Assembly (NCBI RefSeq): GCF_009914755.1
Contig: NC_060932.1
DNA: 64,000 nt
From: the human T2T-CHM13v2.0 reference genome, Homo sapiens
Strand: one strand, 5' to 3'
The position numbers and the translations under genes are program-made. Positions 45,972-64,000 of the stretch are shown here, one piece after another. Numbering within the stretch: position 1 is the stretch's first letter; each line of letters begins with the position of its first letter. A model generated the notes under the pieces. The model saw only the letters and a list, made by a program, of their open reading frames with translations. It did not search any database and had not been told where the DNA came from.

Positions 45972-46855
45972 TAAGTAACCTTATCTCAGCAGCAGAGGAG
46001 TTTGGATGCTAACGTGGCCAGCTGATTCTCCAGATGAAGGACTTAACCTCTGTACGTGCTGCCTCTTGGAAGATCTCAGGTACAACACAGAACTGGGCAG
46101 CCGAGGGGGGTCTTTTCATAAAGATTGTGATGGACAAGAGGAATCCCTCATTGCTGATGGAGCTAATGTTGATGATAGATGTGATGTTTTATGGAATGCG
46201 CTCTGGCCCCTCCCATCAGATTCAAGTTTGCAGATGTGGGTGTTGGAACCCCATGAAATGGAGAGACCTGAAAGCCAGCTAAGAGGGCTGGAGATGATTC
46301 TGACATCAGTGAAGAGCCACTCAAGCTTTTGGGCAGGGCAAGGTTATGATGTCAGCAGCACTGGAGGTGTAAACCGGACTGTTGTGTGTTAATGGATTTA
46401 ATGGGCCAGAGTGGGGGCAAAGAAACTAGCAGGGTTAGTAGAGCTGCCAAGGAGACCAGGTATATCATCAACTAGCCGTGTGACCTTTAGAAAGCCCTCT
46501 TGTCTTTCTAGGTCTCCCTTTTGTATGTCTATAAAATTGAGATGGTGAGAATTAGAAGATGTCTAAGGTCTAAGATGTCTTGGACGTTTTGCAATCCTTT
46601 TGATGACCTCAAATGAGCTAATAGATGTAGACAGAAAAGAGGGTGGTGGGTAGGGCTGTGAGGAGTGGATAGAGCCTGCAGGATCTAGGATCTGATTGGA
46701 CAGAGAGGATGATGGAGAGGCAGGAGTCAACAATGGCTCCAAACTGCAGTGAGAGATGGTAGGATAGAGTTACCTGGGGGAAAGTCTGGATTATACAGTA
46801 CGCAGAATAAACACATCCCTCCCACCAAAACAAACAAAAAATATGTAGATAATTT

Positions 46856-47125
46856 AGCTGGGCATAGTGGCTCATGCCTGTAATCCTAGCACTTTGGGAG
46901 GCTGAGGCAGGAGAATTGCTAGAGGCCAGGAGTTTGAAAGCAACCTGGGCAACATAGTGAGACCTCATCTCTACAAAAACATTTTTTTAATTAGCTGGGT
47001 TTGGTGGCTAGTAGCTACTTGGGAGGCTGAGGCAGGAGGATCACCTGAGTCCAAGAGTTGGAGGCTGCAGTGAGCTATGATTGTGCCAGTGCACTCCAGC
47101 CTTGGTGACAGAGACTGTCTCTGAA
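46856..47125 (+). mobile_element. AluJ-like
   Basis: Sense Alu with small internal deletions. Confidence 0.9.
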
Positions 47126-47424
47126 ATATATATATAGATAATTAAAGCTGAACATTTTTTAATTAAGTTACCTAGAAACTTTTAATTTCAGCATCTCTAT
47201 AAGAATTGTGCCATTTCACAAAGTTTTGTCTTTAATTTCATATGTGAGAACAACAATGTTTAATGCTTAAGGCTTTTCAAAGGTCTTTATTGGGAGGTGG
47301 TGGGAGGGGTTTGTTTTAGATGGAGAGGAAGCTAGAGATGTCCAGCGGGTGGCAACAAGAAAAGCTGAGGTTAGGGAAGAAAAGCTGCAAGTCCCCTGGT
47401 AAGATAAGAAGGTGTCTGCTGAGG

Positions 47425-48059
<635 letters not shown>

Positions 48060-48796
48060 GAAGAAGAGATTTCTAAGAGAAAGAATTTGGCATGAAGGGT
48101 GGGGAATCCAAGTTAGAAAAGGACAGCATGTGCTGTCAAGATAGTGACATCAGGTGATATTTGTGGTTCTCCAACTTTCCTTTCACTGTACCAGTTTCCC
48201 CACTTCACTCACTCTGCTGCAGTTACAGCACCTCCAGTTTCTCCACAGACAGCTTATATCACCCTCTTTATTTCCTTTGTAGCACTTATTATAATGGAAA
48301 ATTATTTATTTCTTTTCTTCCAAAGTGTAAACTTCATCAGGAGAAGGGACCTTGACTGCTTTGTTCACCGCTGTATTTCTGGCATCTAGAACAGGGCTGG
48401 CAAAAAGTAGGAGTCCAATAAATATTTATTGAAGAAATACATGCATGCATGCATGAAATTGTGATATTTCAGGCCTTGTGGCACCTGGGTTGGGGAGATA
48501 TTTGGGGACAGCGTGACCTTCCTTAAATAACTCAGAAAACACCTGCTGCTGTGAATGCCTGGGGATGATCCCCAACTGTCTCCCTTCTCACAGGCTCAAT
48601 TGTGCACTCAGTCCGTCTGGGGCTCGATAAAAATATTCTGAGACTGTGCAACGTGTGCGGTGGAGGCTGAGGATTGAGCTGCTTGTTGTCAAGGAAGAAG
48701 GAGTCTCTCTCTCCTTCTTTCCCTTTTTCTCTGTCTCTTCTCTCTCTCTCTCCTTTCCCTTTTGTTCTATTCTTTTTCCTAAAGTAATAAGCAGAG

Positions 48797-50105
<1,309 letters not shown>

Positions 50106-51254
50106 ATAATAGAATAGAAGTAGAAGCTGCTAGGCCTTCTAGGCTTAGGCTAAAACTGGCAGAGCATCACTCCTGCTCTATCCCATTGGTTAAAATGAGT
50201 CTCTGGGCCTACTAGAATTAAACAGGAAGGGGTGACCCAAGGGTGTGATTAGTGAGAGGGATGTTTTAGTGAGGTCACCAGCCTGGGCCAGGTCTAGGAG
50301 GAAGACAGGGAAGAGTTACCACAGGTCTGACATGACCCCTTTGTCCCAAAGCTGGGGCTTATATGTTAATCACAACTTGGCTCCTGTCCTGGCTCAGTGA
50401 GTTGAGCTTCTCTGGGGGCCCCTGCACCCTGGCCCTCCTGCCTCTCCAGTCCCCGGTGCTGCTCTTTTCCCATCACAGGTGGGCAGGGAGCTGTGTGAAC
50501 GCCCGCCCCGGAGACACTTTTCTGGTCTTCTCCTCTCTCCCGCTCCTCTTGTGTCCTACCCTTGCCCCAGGTCTTCTCCTGCCTGCATCTCCCCGGACCC
50601 CCGTCTACACTAACCTTCCCCACCGCAGAGGCCTTGTCATCTGCCCCTTATGTGCCCCCTATGCTGCCTTGCATTATCAATTTCCTCGTAACATGTCCCT
50701 TCTGTCTCCCACCACCTGAGCAGCAGCCCTCTGGGCCTAGGCTGTGGGCCCGGGATGGTAGGGAAGGTTGTCAAGGGGGCACCAGGTAGGCTGGAACCAA
50801 GAAGGCTGGACAGATGGCCATGATGGTGACTGCACCTGCCCCACCAGGGGGCCCTGGGGCAGTGGCAATTGTAGCCATGCTGGTCTTTTGCCAGGAGGCC
50901 ATATGCAGTAGACCCAGGAGTTGGCTGGTGAGGTGAGCAGACGGTAGGGCGTGCAGTTTGGGTGGGGAGGGGCTCTCTTTTGGAGAGGACGCTCTGACTC
51001 TACATGGACACCTGTCCCTGGGTCCCTTTTCCTCTCATTTCACAGATAAGGTCCCGGGGTAGGCGATGGGGGCAGGGGCCAGCTGAAGCCTGTCTGACCC
51101 CGGGGGCCCCTTTCCCACTGCCCTGTGCTGCCTTCCTCACCCCCTTCGCTGGTGGAAGGGACGTCATCTTTCCTGTTCCAAGGGGAGAAGTCCCAGGGAG
51201 CTGCCACACCGCAGCGAGGGGAGAGGAGGGCAGATACACGTGGCTCTAGAGGGC

Positions 51255-54803
<3,549 letters not shown>

Positions 54804-55445
54804 TCAGATCTCAGTGGCTATGATGTCCTCGTAGGGGATGTCAGCCCCTTCCAGGTCAACCTCCAAGGGCTCCCCGGCGCTGTCCCCACGTGCCAGCTGC
54901 TGCAGGGCCTTCTCCAGGCGCTGGTTCCGCTGGTACATGGCCACGTAGCTCTGCTGCAGCTGTTTCTGGTACTGAATCACCTTCTCCTTCTCCTCCTTCC
55001 ACACGAGCCGCTCATGCTGGAAGCCCGAGGACATCTGGTCATGGCCTTGCCGCTCCTCCCGCAGCTCGGCCCGCAGCCGCTCCAGCTCCCGCTGCAGGGC
55101 AGGGACGTCCTCGGGGAAGGTGGGCGGCCCCATGTCGCGGGCCAGGGCGGCCTGGGCCCGCAGCTCCTGCAGCTCCTGCTCCAGCAGGTTCACCTTCTCC
55201 CGCAGCAGCTCCGCCTCGTTCTTCTTGCGCTGCAGCTCATTCTCACAGACCTCCAGCTCCAGGCCCTTGGTGCGCAGGGCGCCCTCCAGGTCCTGGGTCC
55301 TCAGCTCCAGGCCCTCCAGCTTGCCCCGCGTGTCCTTCAGCTGTGCCTTGAGACCCAGGATCTCGCTAGCCTTGGCGTTCACCTCCGTCTGGGACTCCTT
55401 CAGCTGCTGCTTCAGGAGGGAGATCTCGCCTGACTTCTGGCACAC
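54804..55445 (-). CDS. LZTS1: LZTS1 last coding exon (coiled coil/FEZ domain; C-terminal ATEI class I PDZ-binding motif)
   Basis: ggcag|GTG TGC CAG...VCQKSGEISLLKQQL...YEDIIATEI*; 642 nt. Confidence 0.97.
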   Translation of the reverse strand: MCQKSGEISLLKQQLKESQTEVNAKASEILGLKAQLKDTRGKLEGLELRTQDLEGALRTKGLELEVCENELQRKKNEAELLREKVNLLEQELQELRAQAALARDMGPPTFPEDVPALQRELERLRAELREERQGHDQMSSGFQHERLVWKEEKEKVIQYQKQLQQSYVAMYQRNQRLEKALQQLARGDSAGEPLEVDLEGADIPYEDIIATEI

Positions 55446-55702
55446 CTGCCGAGGGTGGGGTGGAGACAGAGTGCCAAGAGGTGAGTGTCCTTACCCAGGG
55501 AAGTGACAGCTCAGCTGCCTAAAATAACCAAGCCACTCCGGATGCGGTGGCCCGGTGTTAGGCATTCCAGCCTTTGTCCAATCTGAAAGTAAGCTGAACA
55601 TTGCTGTGACCTTTTCCCCAGGTTATCGAGCTAGGCTATATAGTAAAATGATAAAATAATAATCATCATGTATAATGACACATAGTATATTATTATTGTT
55701 AA

Positions 55703-55980
<278 letters not shown>

Positions 55981-57844
55981 ACACAGAAGTATATTATTAT
56001 AAACATACTTTCACTAATAATTTGTAGTGTTATTAAGTGCCAAGCCATACATTTGCTCATCTATTCCTTACAACCCGATGAAGTAGGTACTATTAGTAGT
56101 CCTCAATTTACATCAATGAAACTGAGGCACAGAGAGGTTATGATAGCAAACAGCTGGTGAAGTGACCAGCCTGAGGGCTAATATATATATATATTATATA
56201 TATATATATATAAAATATAAAGTATAAGAGTAGAGATTTGATCCCAACAGTTTAATCACTATACCCCATTGCCACCATGGCTAATGTATTTACAATCACC
56301 TGGATCATAAGTGGTCAAGCTGAGGTTCAAAGCCAGGCCCATGCCTCAGCCATGACTGTGTCACTCCCTTCGTGGCATGAATACAGGGTTGGCCTTGGAA
56401 TGAAATTCTTGGTCCCAAGCACGCATCCTGGGTAGGGTCGGATTTTCTCCAGGACTGTGCAGTGTTTCACTGAGGGCAAGGGGAAATTTCTACTGTGAAA
56501 GGAAATGTGAAGGTGGCTTCCAGGCTAGTTCCAAGAATCCATTCTGTAGAGCCACATGCTCTGGACTTCATTCACTCTTAAGATTCAGCCAGACTGGCCT
56601 TGGTCTCCCATGACCCCAGATGGCCAAGATCCAGAGACACATGGGTCTAACCTGTGGCTTCGGTTTTCATCATTGCTCTTGGCCAAATTTTGATGGGGGA
56701 TAGGGGTGGAAATAGAGAAGAAGAGCAAGAGGAGAAGAAAATGATTCCTCGTTTGACAGATGTGGATTGGGCTCTGCATCCAAGCCAGCATGATACTAGT
56801 CACTGGGTACAGCAGTGAATTTGTGAGGTAGTCTTTACTCCAGTAGACAGGAGAGAGGAGGGCTGGGTGCATGCAGGGGTGAGGTCAGAGGATGTGGGCA
56901 TAAACATCGATGACAGAAATCAGGCTGACACCAAAACCAATACCATTGGTGTTAAATGGGGGTGATACAGCTGCCAGCAGTGGGCAAGTTAAACCACTGG
57001 TTGTTGACTTGCACATAGCCAGGGGTTTGCGTGTAGACTGAGATTTGGACTCTGAACTGGGGGTGAGGCAGGCACGTGGACAGACCAAGCTGGGTGCGAG
57101 CATGTAAAGAGCCTCAACGATGGGCTTGAACTCCATGAGTCATCCAGACCACCAGGCTGGTGAGAAAAGCTGCTTTCCCACTAATAGATGCAGAGGTTAT
57201 GGGGTTCTCCAGCACGGTCAGGTACAGATGCCTCATTTCCACGTGTGACCGGGTGAGTGAGTGTGTGTGAGTGTGTAAGTGTGTGAGTGGGGGACTCTTT
57301 ACTTCCTCTCCTAGGTTTCCATCTCAGCTCACCAAATAGAAGTTCCACTTACACTTCAGCAAGGAGTGGCCACTTCCATCACTGAAACCTGCCACCAATA
57401 GGGTCCCTCTTACTAGTGGGTGCAGTCCCTCCCTCCAAAGCAACAAATGCATTCTGTGCTCTCTTGGGCCCCTGGCCCCGCCTGAACTCAGGCACGGCTT
57501 GTTCTTCTTCTGAGCCTCCTGGGAGCTGATGGAAGGGAGGTCAGCCCACAGCCTGGCTGGGCCTTGGTCATCTGGCTTCCGGCTTCATGATTTAATGGCT
57601 CACTTGGGAAACTGAAATCTAGGAGCCATGAGGGTGATGGTGGGGACAGGAGGAAGCTCAGATGTAAGTCGATCCCCCAACATGGTTTGCAGGGAGCCCC
57701 TTCTTTGGGTGATAAAGCCAGCACATTAGCCCCGCTTGCCTGCGCGGTCTGTGTTTGCACGCTATTGGCCAGCACCAGAAGGAGAGGGGGGTACTGGCGC
57801 CAAACCGCTGACCACCCAAACCCATGAGCCCTGTGTGGCCTCAC

Positions 57845-58648
57845 CTCCCACTGGGTCTCCTCCAGCGCGGGGCCGAAGCTGGTCTTCTCCCTCTCGTAGG
57901 ACCTGAGCTTGGTCTCCAGCAGGTCCTGCTCCTTCATGAGGCTCTCGAGCTCCTGCCGGAGCTGCCGCTTCTCCTGCTGAAGCTGCAGTACCTGCAGGTG
58001 CAGGACCTGCTGCGCGCGCTGGCTCTTCTGCGAGGCCTGCTTGAGCTTGTTGCCGCCTTTGGGCTCCGGGCCCTCCAGCTCGTCCCTGCAGCGCCGCGGC
58101 CGCTCCTCGTAGGCCAGGCTGGAGGCAAGCTCCTTCTCCTCAAAGCTGCGCTGCAGCTTCTGGAGGGCGCCCTCCCTCTCCAACAGCTTCTGTTCCAGCT
58201 CCTGGATGCTGCACTCGTCCGTGGAGATGGGGGAGCGGACACACGAGGGGCCCTTGTCTGCCTTGTTCGAGTGGCCCAGCTTGCTACCTCCGTCGGAGAA
58301 GGACAGAGCCTTCAGGCTCATCATGTTGCTGTCCTGGAGGACGATGCCCTGGGTGATGTTGTGGGCGGAGCCCCCAAAACGGCTTGTGGGTCCCACGGGT
58401 GTGACCAGCGGGTCCAGCTGGTAGCTGCTGCTGGTGCTGTGTGTGGGCAGGCTGGACATGGAGTTCCGGCCGGAGTCTGACAGCGCCCCAGAGCACAGGC
58501 CAGGCTTCAGCTCCTGCTCCTTGGGCTTGTCTGGAGGGGCGGGGTGCAGCTGGTGGCTGGCACTCTCCGGGGAGGAGTGCAGGATGGCTCCTGACCGTGG
58601 CAGCACAGGCTTGAAGGCTGTGGGCCTCACTGCACCCTTCTCGGAGCC
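57845..58648 (-). CDS. LZTS1: LZTS1 second coding exon (leucine zipper region)
   Basis: ctacag|GSEKGAVRPTAFKPV...LEETQWE|gtgagg; 804 nt. Confidence 0.97.
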
Positions 58649-59899
58649 CTGTAGAGGAAAAGGACCGCGGTGACTCATGCCTCCCCTGCGCGCGCATTGC
58701 ACCCTCCCTCCCCAGGCACGCGTGCCGACCTTGAGCCAGTCTGGGCTCTCTGAGCGCACGCAGCACCCCTCTTGGTCAATTGTCTCAGCAGACCTTGCCT
58801 GTTGCTTTGAAGCAGCTGAATGTCATCTCTCTTAGGAGGGAAAAACCCTAATGGCGACTTGGGCACTTTGTTCTATGAAATAGCAACCTGCCACCAGCTT
58901 GCCCCAGCCCTCCCGAGGTGATAAATACCATCTTGAGGCTCCTGCTCTAGGTCTCTGTGTGGGGCAAGTTAGGGCATCAGGCTGGCCGAGCTTGCTGTCC
59001 CTCTTTAGGTCCATCCCTTCTTCCTGTTCACTGCCTCTTCCATTAAGCCTGGAGCAAGGACACGGACCTGGCCTCCTTACAGGGTTGGGAGGCTCACTCC
59101 AAATCACGATCCTTTTTTAAAACTGTAATTTTCCCTGGTAGAGTGCTTCACAGTTTACAAGCCCCTTAATTTGAAAAGCTGAATGCTCTATGCAAACATA
59201 AGAGGCTCTTTCCTAGTAAATCAAAGCCGGGGATTCATTTCCCCAGGGCAAGGGGCAGAGGACTGAATAGGAAAATTGATTTCAGTGTCCACTCGTGGGA
59301 CGCACGAGGGCTTGAGCTGGTGTGAGGGCTGGATTTCTCAGTGCCTGGGCCTCCTTTGCCCTAGTCTCTGGTAAATGGATGACAAAACTCCAGCCTGTAT
59401 TCAAAGATGCCCCCAGGCGCAGCTTGAACAAGGAGCTAATGCACACCAGGGCAGCAAATGAGAAGACCGCACCCACCCCCACGAGTCTCCCGGGGAGAGA
59501 AGCGGTTAACTCCCGGCCTGCATCCTCTTCATCTGTGCTTCCAGATGAGAACAGGGCTCCCTCTCCTTCCCGAGGCTTGGCAAACGCCTGGATCCTACGT
59601 TGACAATCCAGCTACATTTCAGTGGGACTCCAGAAAGCTCACATATCCCCTGTGCTCTTTGCTTATGGCCTGACCCAAGACTTCTGCTTCAGGGGGACTG
59701 AGCGATGCTCTAATTCCTTTGTGAAACGTTTGATCTCTGCGGTGTGGCCACAGGCTTCCGCCGGCACCCCTGCCGCTCTGGTTTTGAGGAGTCTGAATGC
59801 TCAGGTCACCACTCCCCCTGAACCCCCAGGCTCTCCACCCCCATTTTGCTTTCTCCTGCGTTTCCAACCCACTTACCCTTGCCAGCGACCCCCGCTTAC

Positions 59900-60244
59900 C
59901 ATTTCTAGCTGATTGGAGAAGGGCATGAGCTTGGGGGGTGTGGACGGGTCAAAGTCCACCCCAGCCTGGCCCCCTAAATCCCCGCTGGACAGTGCCGTGT
60001 AATCTGGGTGATGGGAGCCCCGGGCTTTCTGGCTGACCTTGATGTAGAAGAAGTCTTCGCTCTTGCCCATTTTGGAGCTGGACTTGCCGTGACCGGAGTC
60101 CTGGGAGAAGCCAAACCTCAGCAGCCCGTCGGAATACCGGTTGAGCTTCTTGAGGTGGGAGGACTTGCGCAGCTTGTACTGCGAAGCCCGGCAGTGCTTG
60201 CTGTGGAAGCTGTGGCCGGAGATGAGGCTACTGACGCTGCCCAT
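59900..60244 (-). CDS. LZTS1: LZTS1 first coding exon (MGSVSS myristoylation-type N-terminus)
   Basis: Strong Kozak GTCACCATGG; ...NQLEM|gtaagc; 345 nt; total CDS 1791 nt = 596 aa; exon extends 5' to an acceptor ttccag| at 60378/60379. Confidence 0.97.
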
Positions 60245-60696
60245 GGTGACTCGGGGCTGAGGATGGGGCAGGGCCGGGCAGGGTCTTGGAAAGGCTGTGG
60301 CAGCAAGGGGCAGTCGTGGCTCCGTGAGGGGACTGAGGTCATAGCAAAGCCCTCACAGAGCCTGCGAGAGCCGTAGACCTGGAAGAAGACACAAGACAGA
60401 AGTCAGCGTGGGTGGGAGTGGTCACAGCACAGTGCTGATTCCGACTTCCAGATCTGGGCAGTAGAGAAACACATGTCAGAGCCCAGCACTGTCTCCACCA
60501 CCGGGTGCTCCGTTCCTTCTTCCTTTGTCTGATAATTCAACAAACATTCACTGGGAGCCCACTTCATGCAAGCCTCTACTCTAAACACTCGGGACCCAGC
60601 AAGTGACTAAAACAGTCACAGTCCCTGCATTCCTGGAACTTAGGGTTACAGTGGTGTGGAGAGGCCAGAAGCAAACCAATGTATACTATAGCAAGT

Positions 60697-60741
60697 GGTA
60701 CCAGTGCTGCGGGTACCAGTGCTGCGGGTACCAGTGCTGCG
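60697..60741. repeat. 15-bp tandem repeat x3
   Basis: GGTACCAGTGCTGCG, three perfect copies. Confidence 0.95.
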
Positions 60742-60854
60742 GGGGAAACTGGAGCAGAGAGGACAGAACAGAATTCTGGGAGGTGGCTGTTTTATGCAGG
60801 AAGGTCTTCTTTTGTTAGGGTAGCATTTTAAAAGGCTTCAAGAAAATGAGGGGG

Positions 60855-61165
<311 letters not shown>

Positions 61166-61699
61166 ATGAGGTGCAAGTCATATGAAAATCTAGGGGGAGA
61201 GGGGTACCAGAAGAAACCCCAAGTATAAAAGCCTGAGTCCCTGAGGCAGAGGGGGCTTGGCTGTGTGAGACCCACATGGGAAGCAGCCTGGCTGGAGAAC
61301 AATTAGCAAGGCTGGGAAGGAGAAACAGAAACCAGGAGCCAGCAGACATCAGAGAACAAGGAGGCTGTGCAGCTCAAAGAGCTCTGGCTTTGCTTGGGTT
61401 GAGACAAGGAGCCCCTGGATGGCTTTAAGCAGCTGACACCTTGATCTGCCTTAGGTTGGGGAAGGTCACTCTGGCTTCCGGGTGGGGAAGAAGCTTATTG
61501 AGGAGACGGGGGATAGAAGTGGTGGCCAATTACAGGCTAATAGTCTAGGGTGGTAGTTGTGGATTTAGATGTGGTGGTGGCTCACGTCTGTAATCCCAGC
61601 ATTTTGGGAGGCCAAGGCAGGAGGATCACTTGAGGCCAGGAGTTCAAGACCAGTCTGGGCAACACAGTGAGACCCTGTCTCTAAAAAACAGTTTTCAAT

Positions 61700-62580
<881 letters not shown>

Positions 62581-62731
62581 GAGAAAGTCATTACAGCCTT
62601 AATGTTGAGAAGTACCCAGCCGACTTGGTGTGCATTCTAGTTACATCACCTGCCAGCTATGACATGGAAGGTAAACTGTTTAATATCTTTAACCTTCAGT
62701 GTTACAAACTAATTCTAAGACACCCTTAAAC

Positions 62732-63036
<305 letters not shown>

Positions 63037-64000
63037 CATTTTTTTTTTTAAAGTAATAGGATAGCATCTAATAATCAATGCTTAAACAATAACAACCTTG
63101 TCAGTCACCAGACAGGAGAAATTGGGATGTCAGTGCCAGCACATGTGCAGATTCAGGCAAATCTCTAAGTTTAGATCACACAATTTTCAAAGCTAGGAAA
63201 GGTTGGTGATTGTCATGCACTGTGAAGTATTTCTTAGTCAAAAGACAGATATCCAATTAAGAAGGGGAAAGCCACAAGTTTAATAAAACAGGAGATGTGG
63301 AAGGAGCCTCTGTTCTTCGCTGAGCTCTAAATTATACCATCCATCCTAAAGGGGCTAAAGAAATCCCAGGTGGGACATGGAGAACTGCATGGGCACAGCT
63401 GAAAGGGAGCCAGAAACTTTCTGACTCTGTTTTTTAATTTTAATTTTATTATATATATATTTTTTACAATTAGCAGTTGTGCATGGAGACTCTGTGACTC
63501 TGAATATCTAGGCTTCGATTCAAACTTGCGTTATCATCCTGAAGAATAAAGAGGTTATGTTATGAATATGTTCTATATTTTGTTAGGAAAAGCATGACAC
63601 AACAAAACTTCGTTGTGTAAGTTTAATATGTTTTGATGTGAAAAGCTTTTATTGAATTGATGGCTTTGTATACTCGAGGAAATACAGTGAAGCAGCCTAC
63701 CTCATAGGATCGTTATGAGAAATTTAAGAAATACCACCATAAGATAACAGCTCTGGAACATTTACTCAATACTTAGTACATAGTGGGCACTCAATAAATG
63801 CTAGGCAGTGTTATCGGTATCTGTTACTTATATTGTGACCATTGTCCTTGCCAACATCCATCATCCCTATGGATCTGGGGAGCCTCAATGTCCAAACTCA
63901 CTTTCCAGAGCTAATCCTTTCCTTCTAAATGCAACCTTTCTGCCTCCCATTCCTGCGAGGTGTGACTTAGGAGCACAGGGTGGCTCTGCTGATATAAACT

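Noticed and set aside
46006-46392. 128-aa intergenic ORF
   Set aside because: No recognisable homology or exon structure; adjacent to L2/MIR-like sequence
57488-57844. 119-codon read-through of LZTS1 exon into the intron
   Set aside because: Canonical GAG|gtgagg donor and exact 596-aa arithmetic; the extension has no recognisable features

Overview
Primate genomic DNA, rich in Alu and recognisable as the human 8p21.3 locus, with two convergent protein-coding genes. ATP6V1B2 (V-ATPase V1 subunit B2, + strand) is complete: CpG-island promoter, 14 GT-AG coding exons from 2500 to 25498 that sum to 1536 nt (511 aa plus stop), and a poly(A) signal at 26765. LZTS1 (FEZ1/PSD-Zip70, - strand) has three coding exons (60244-59900, 58648-57845, 55445-54804; 1791 nt, 596 aa plus stop) and a ~3.5 kb 3'UTR ending near 51255. 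Its first coding exon has an acceptor at 60379, so any upstream non-coding exon lies beyond what I can identify. The remainder is introns and a ~24 kb intergenic block with >20 Alus, L1/L2/MIR/MER/LTR relics, a U6 retrocopy and simple repeats. I see no evidence for a new multi-gene system, and most ORFs in the track are repeat-derived or antisense shadows. The most interesting observations not explained by the gene models are an out-of-frame uORF overlapping the LZTS1 start, a CPE/Pumilio/PAS cluster at the LZTS1 3' end, an in-frame intronic ATG in a CpG-rich element, several local duplications or templated insertions, twin ultra-short L1 insertions, and enhancer-like motif arrays. Repeat subfamily calls were made by eye and are approximate.
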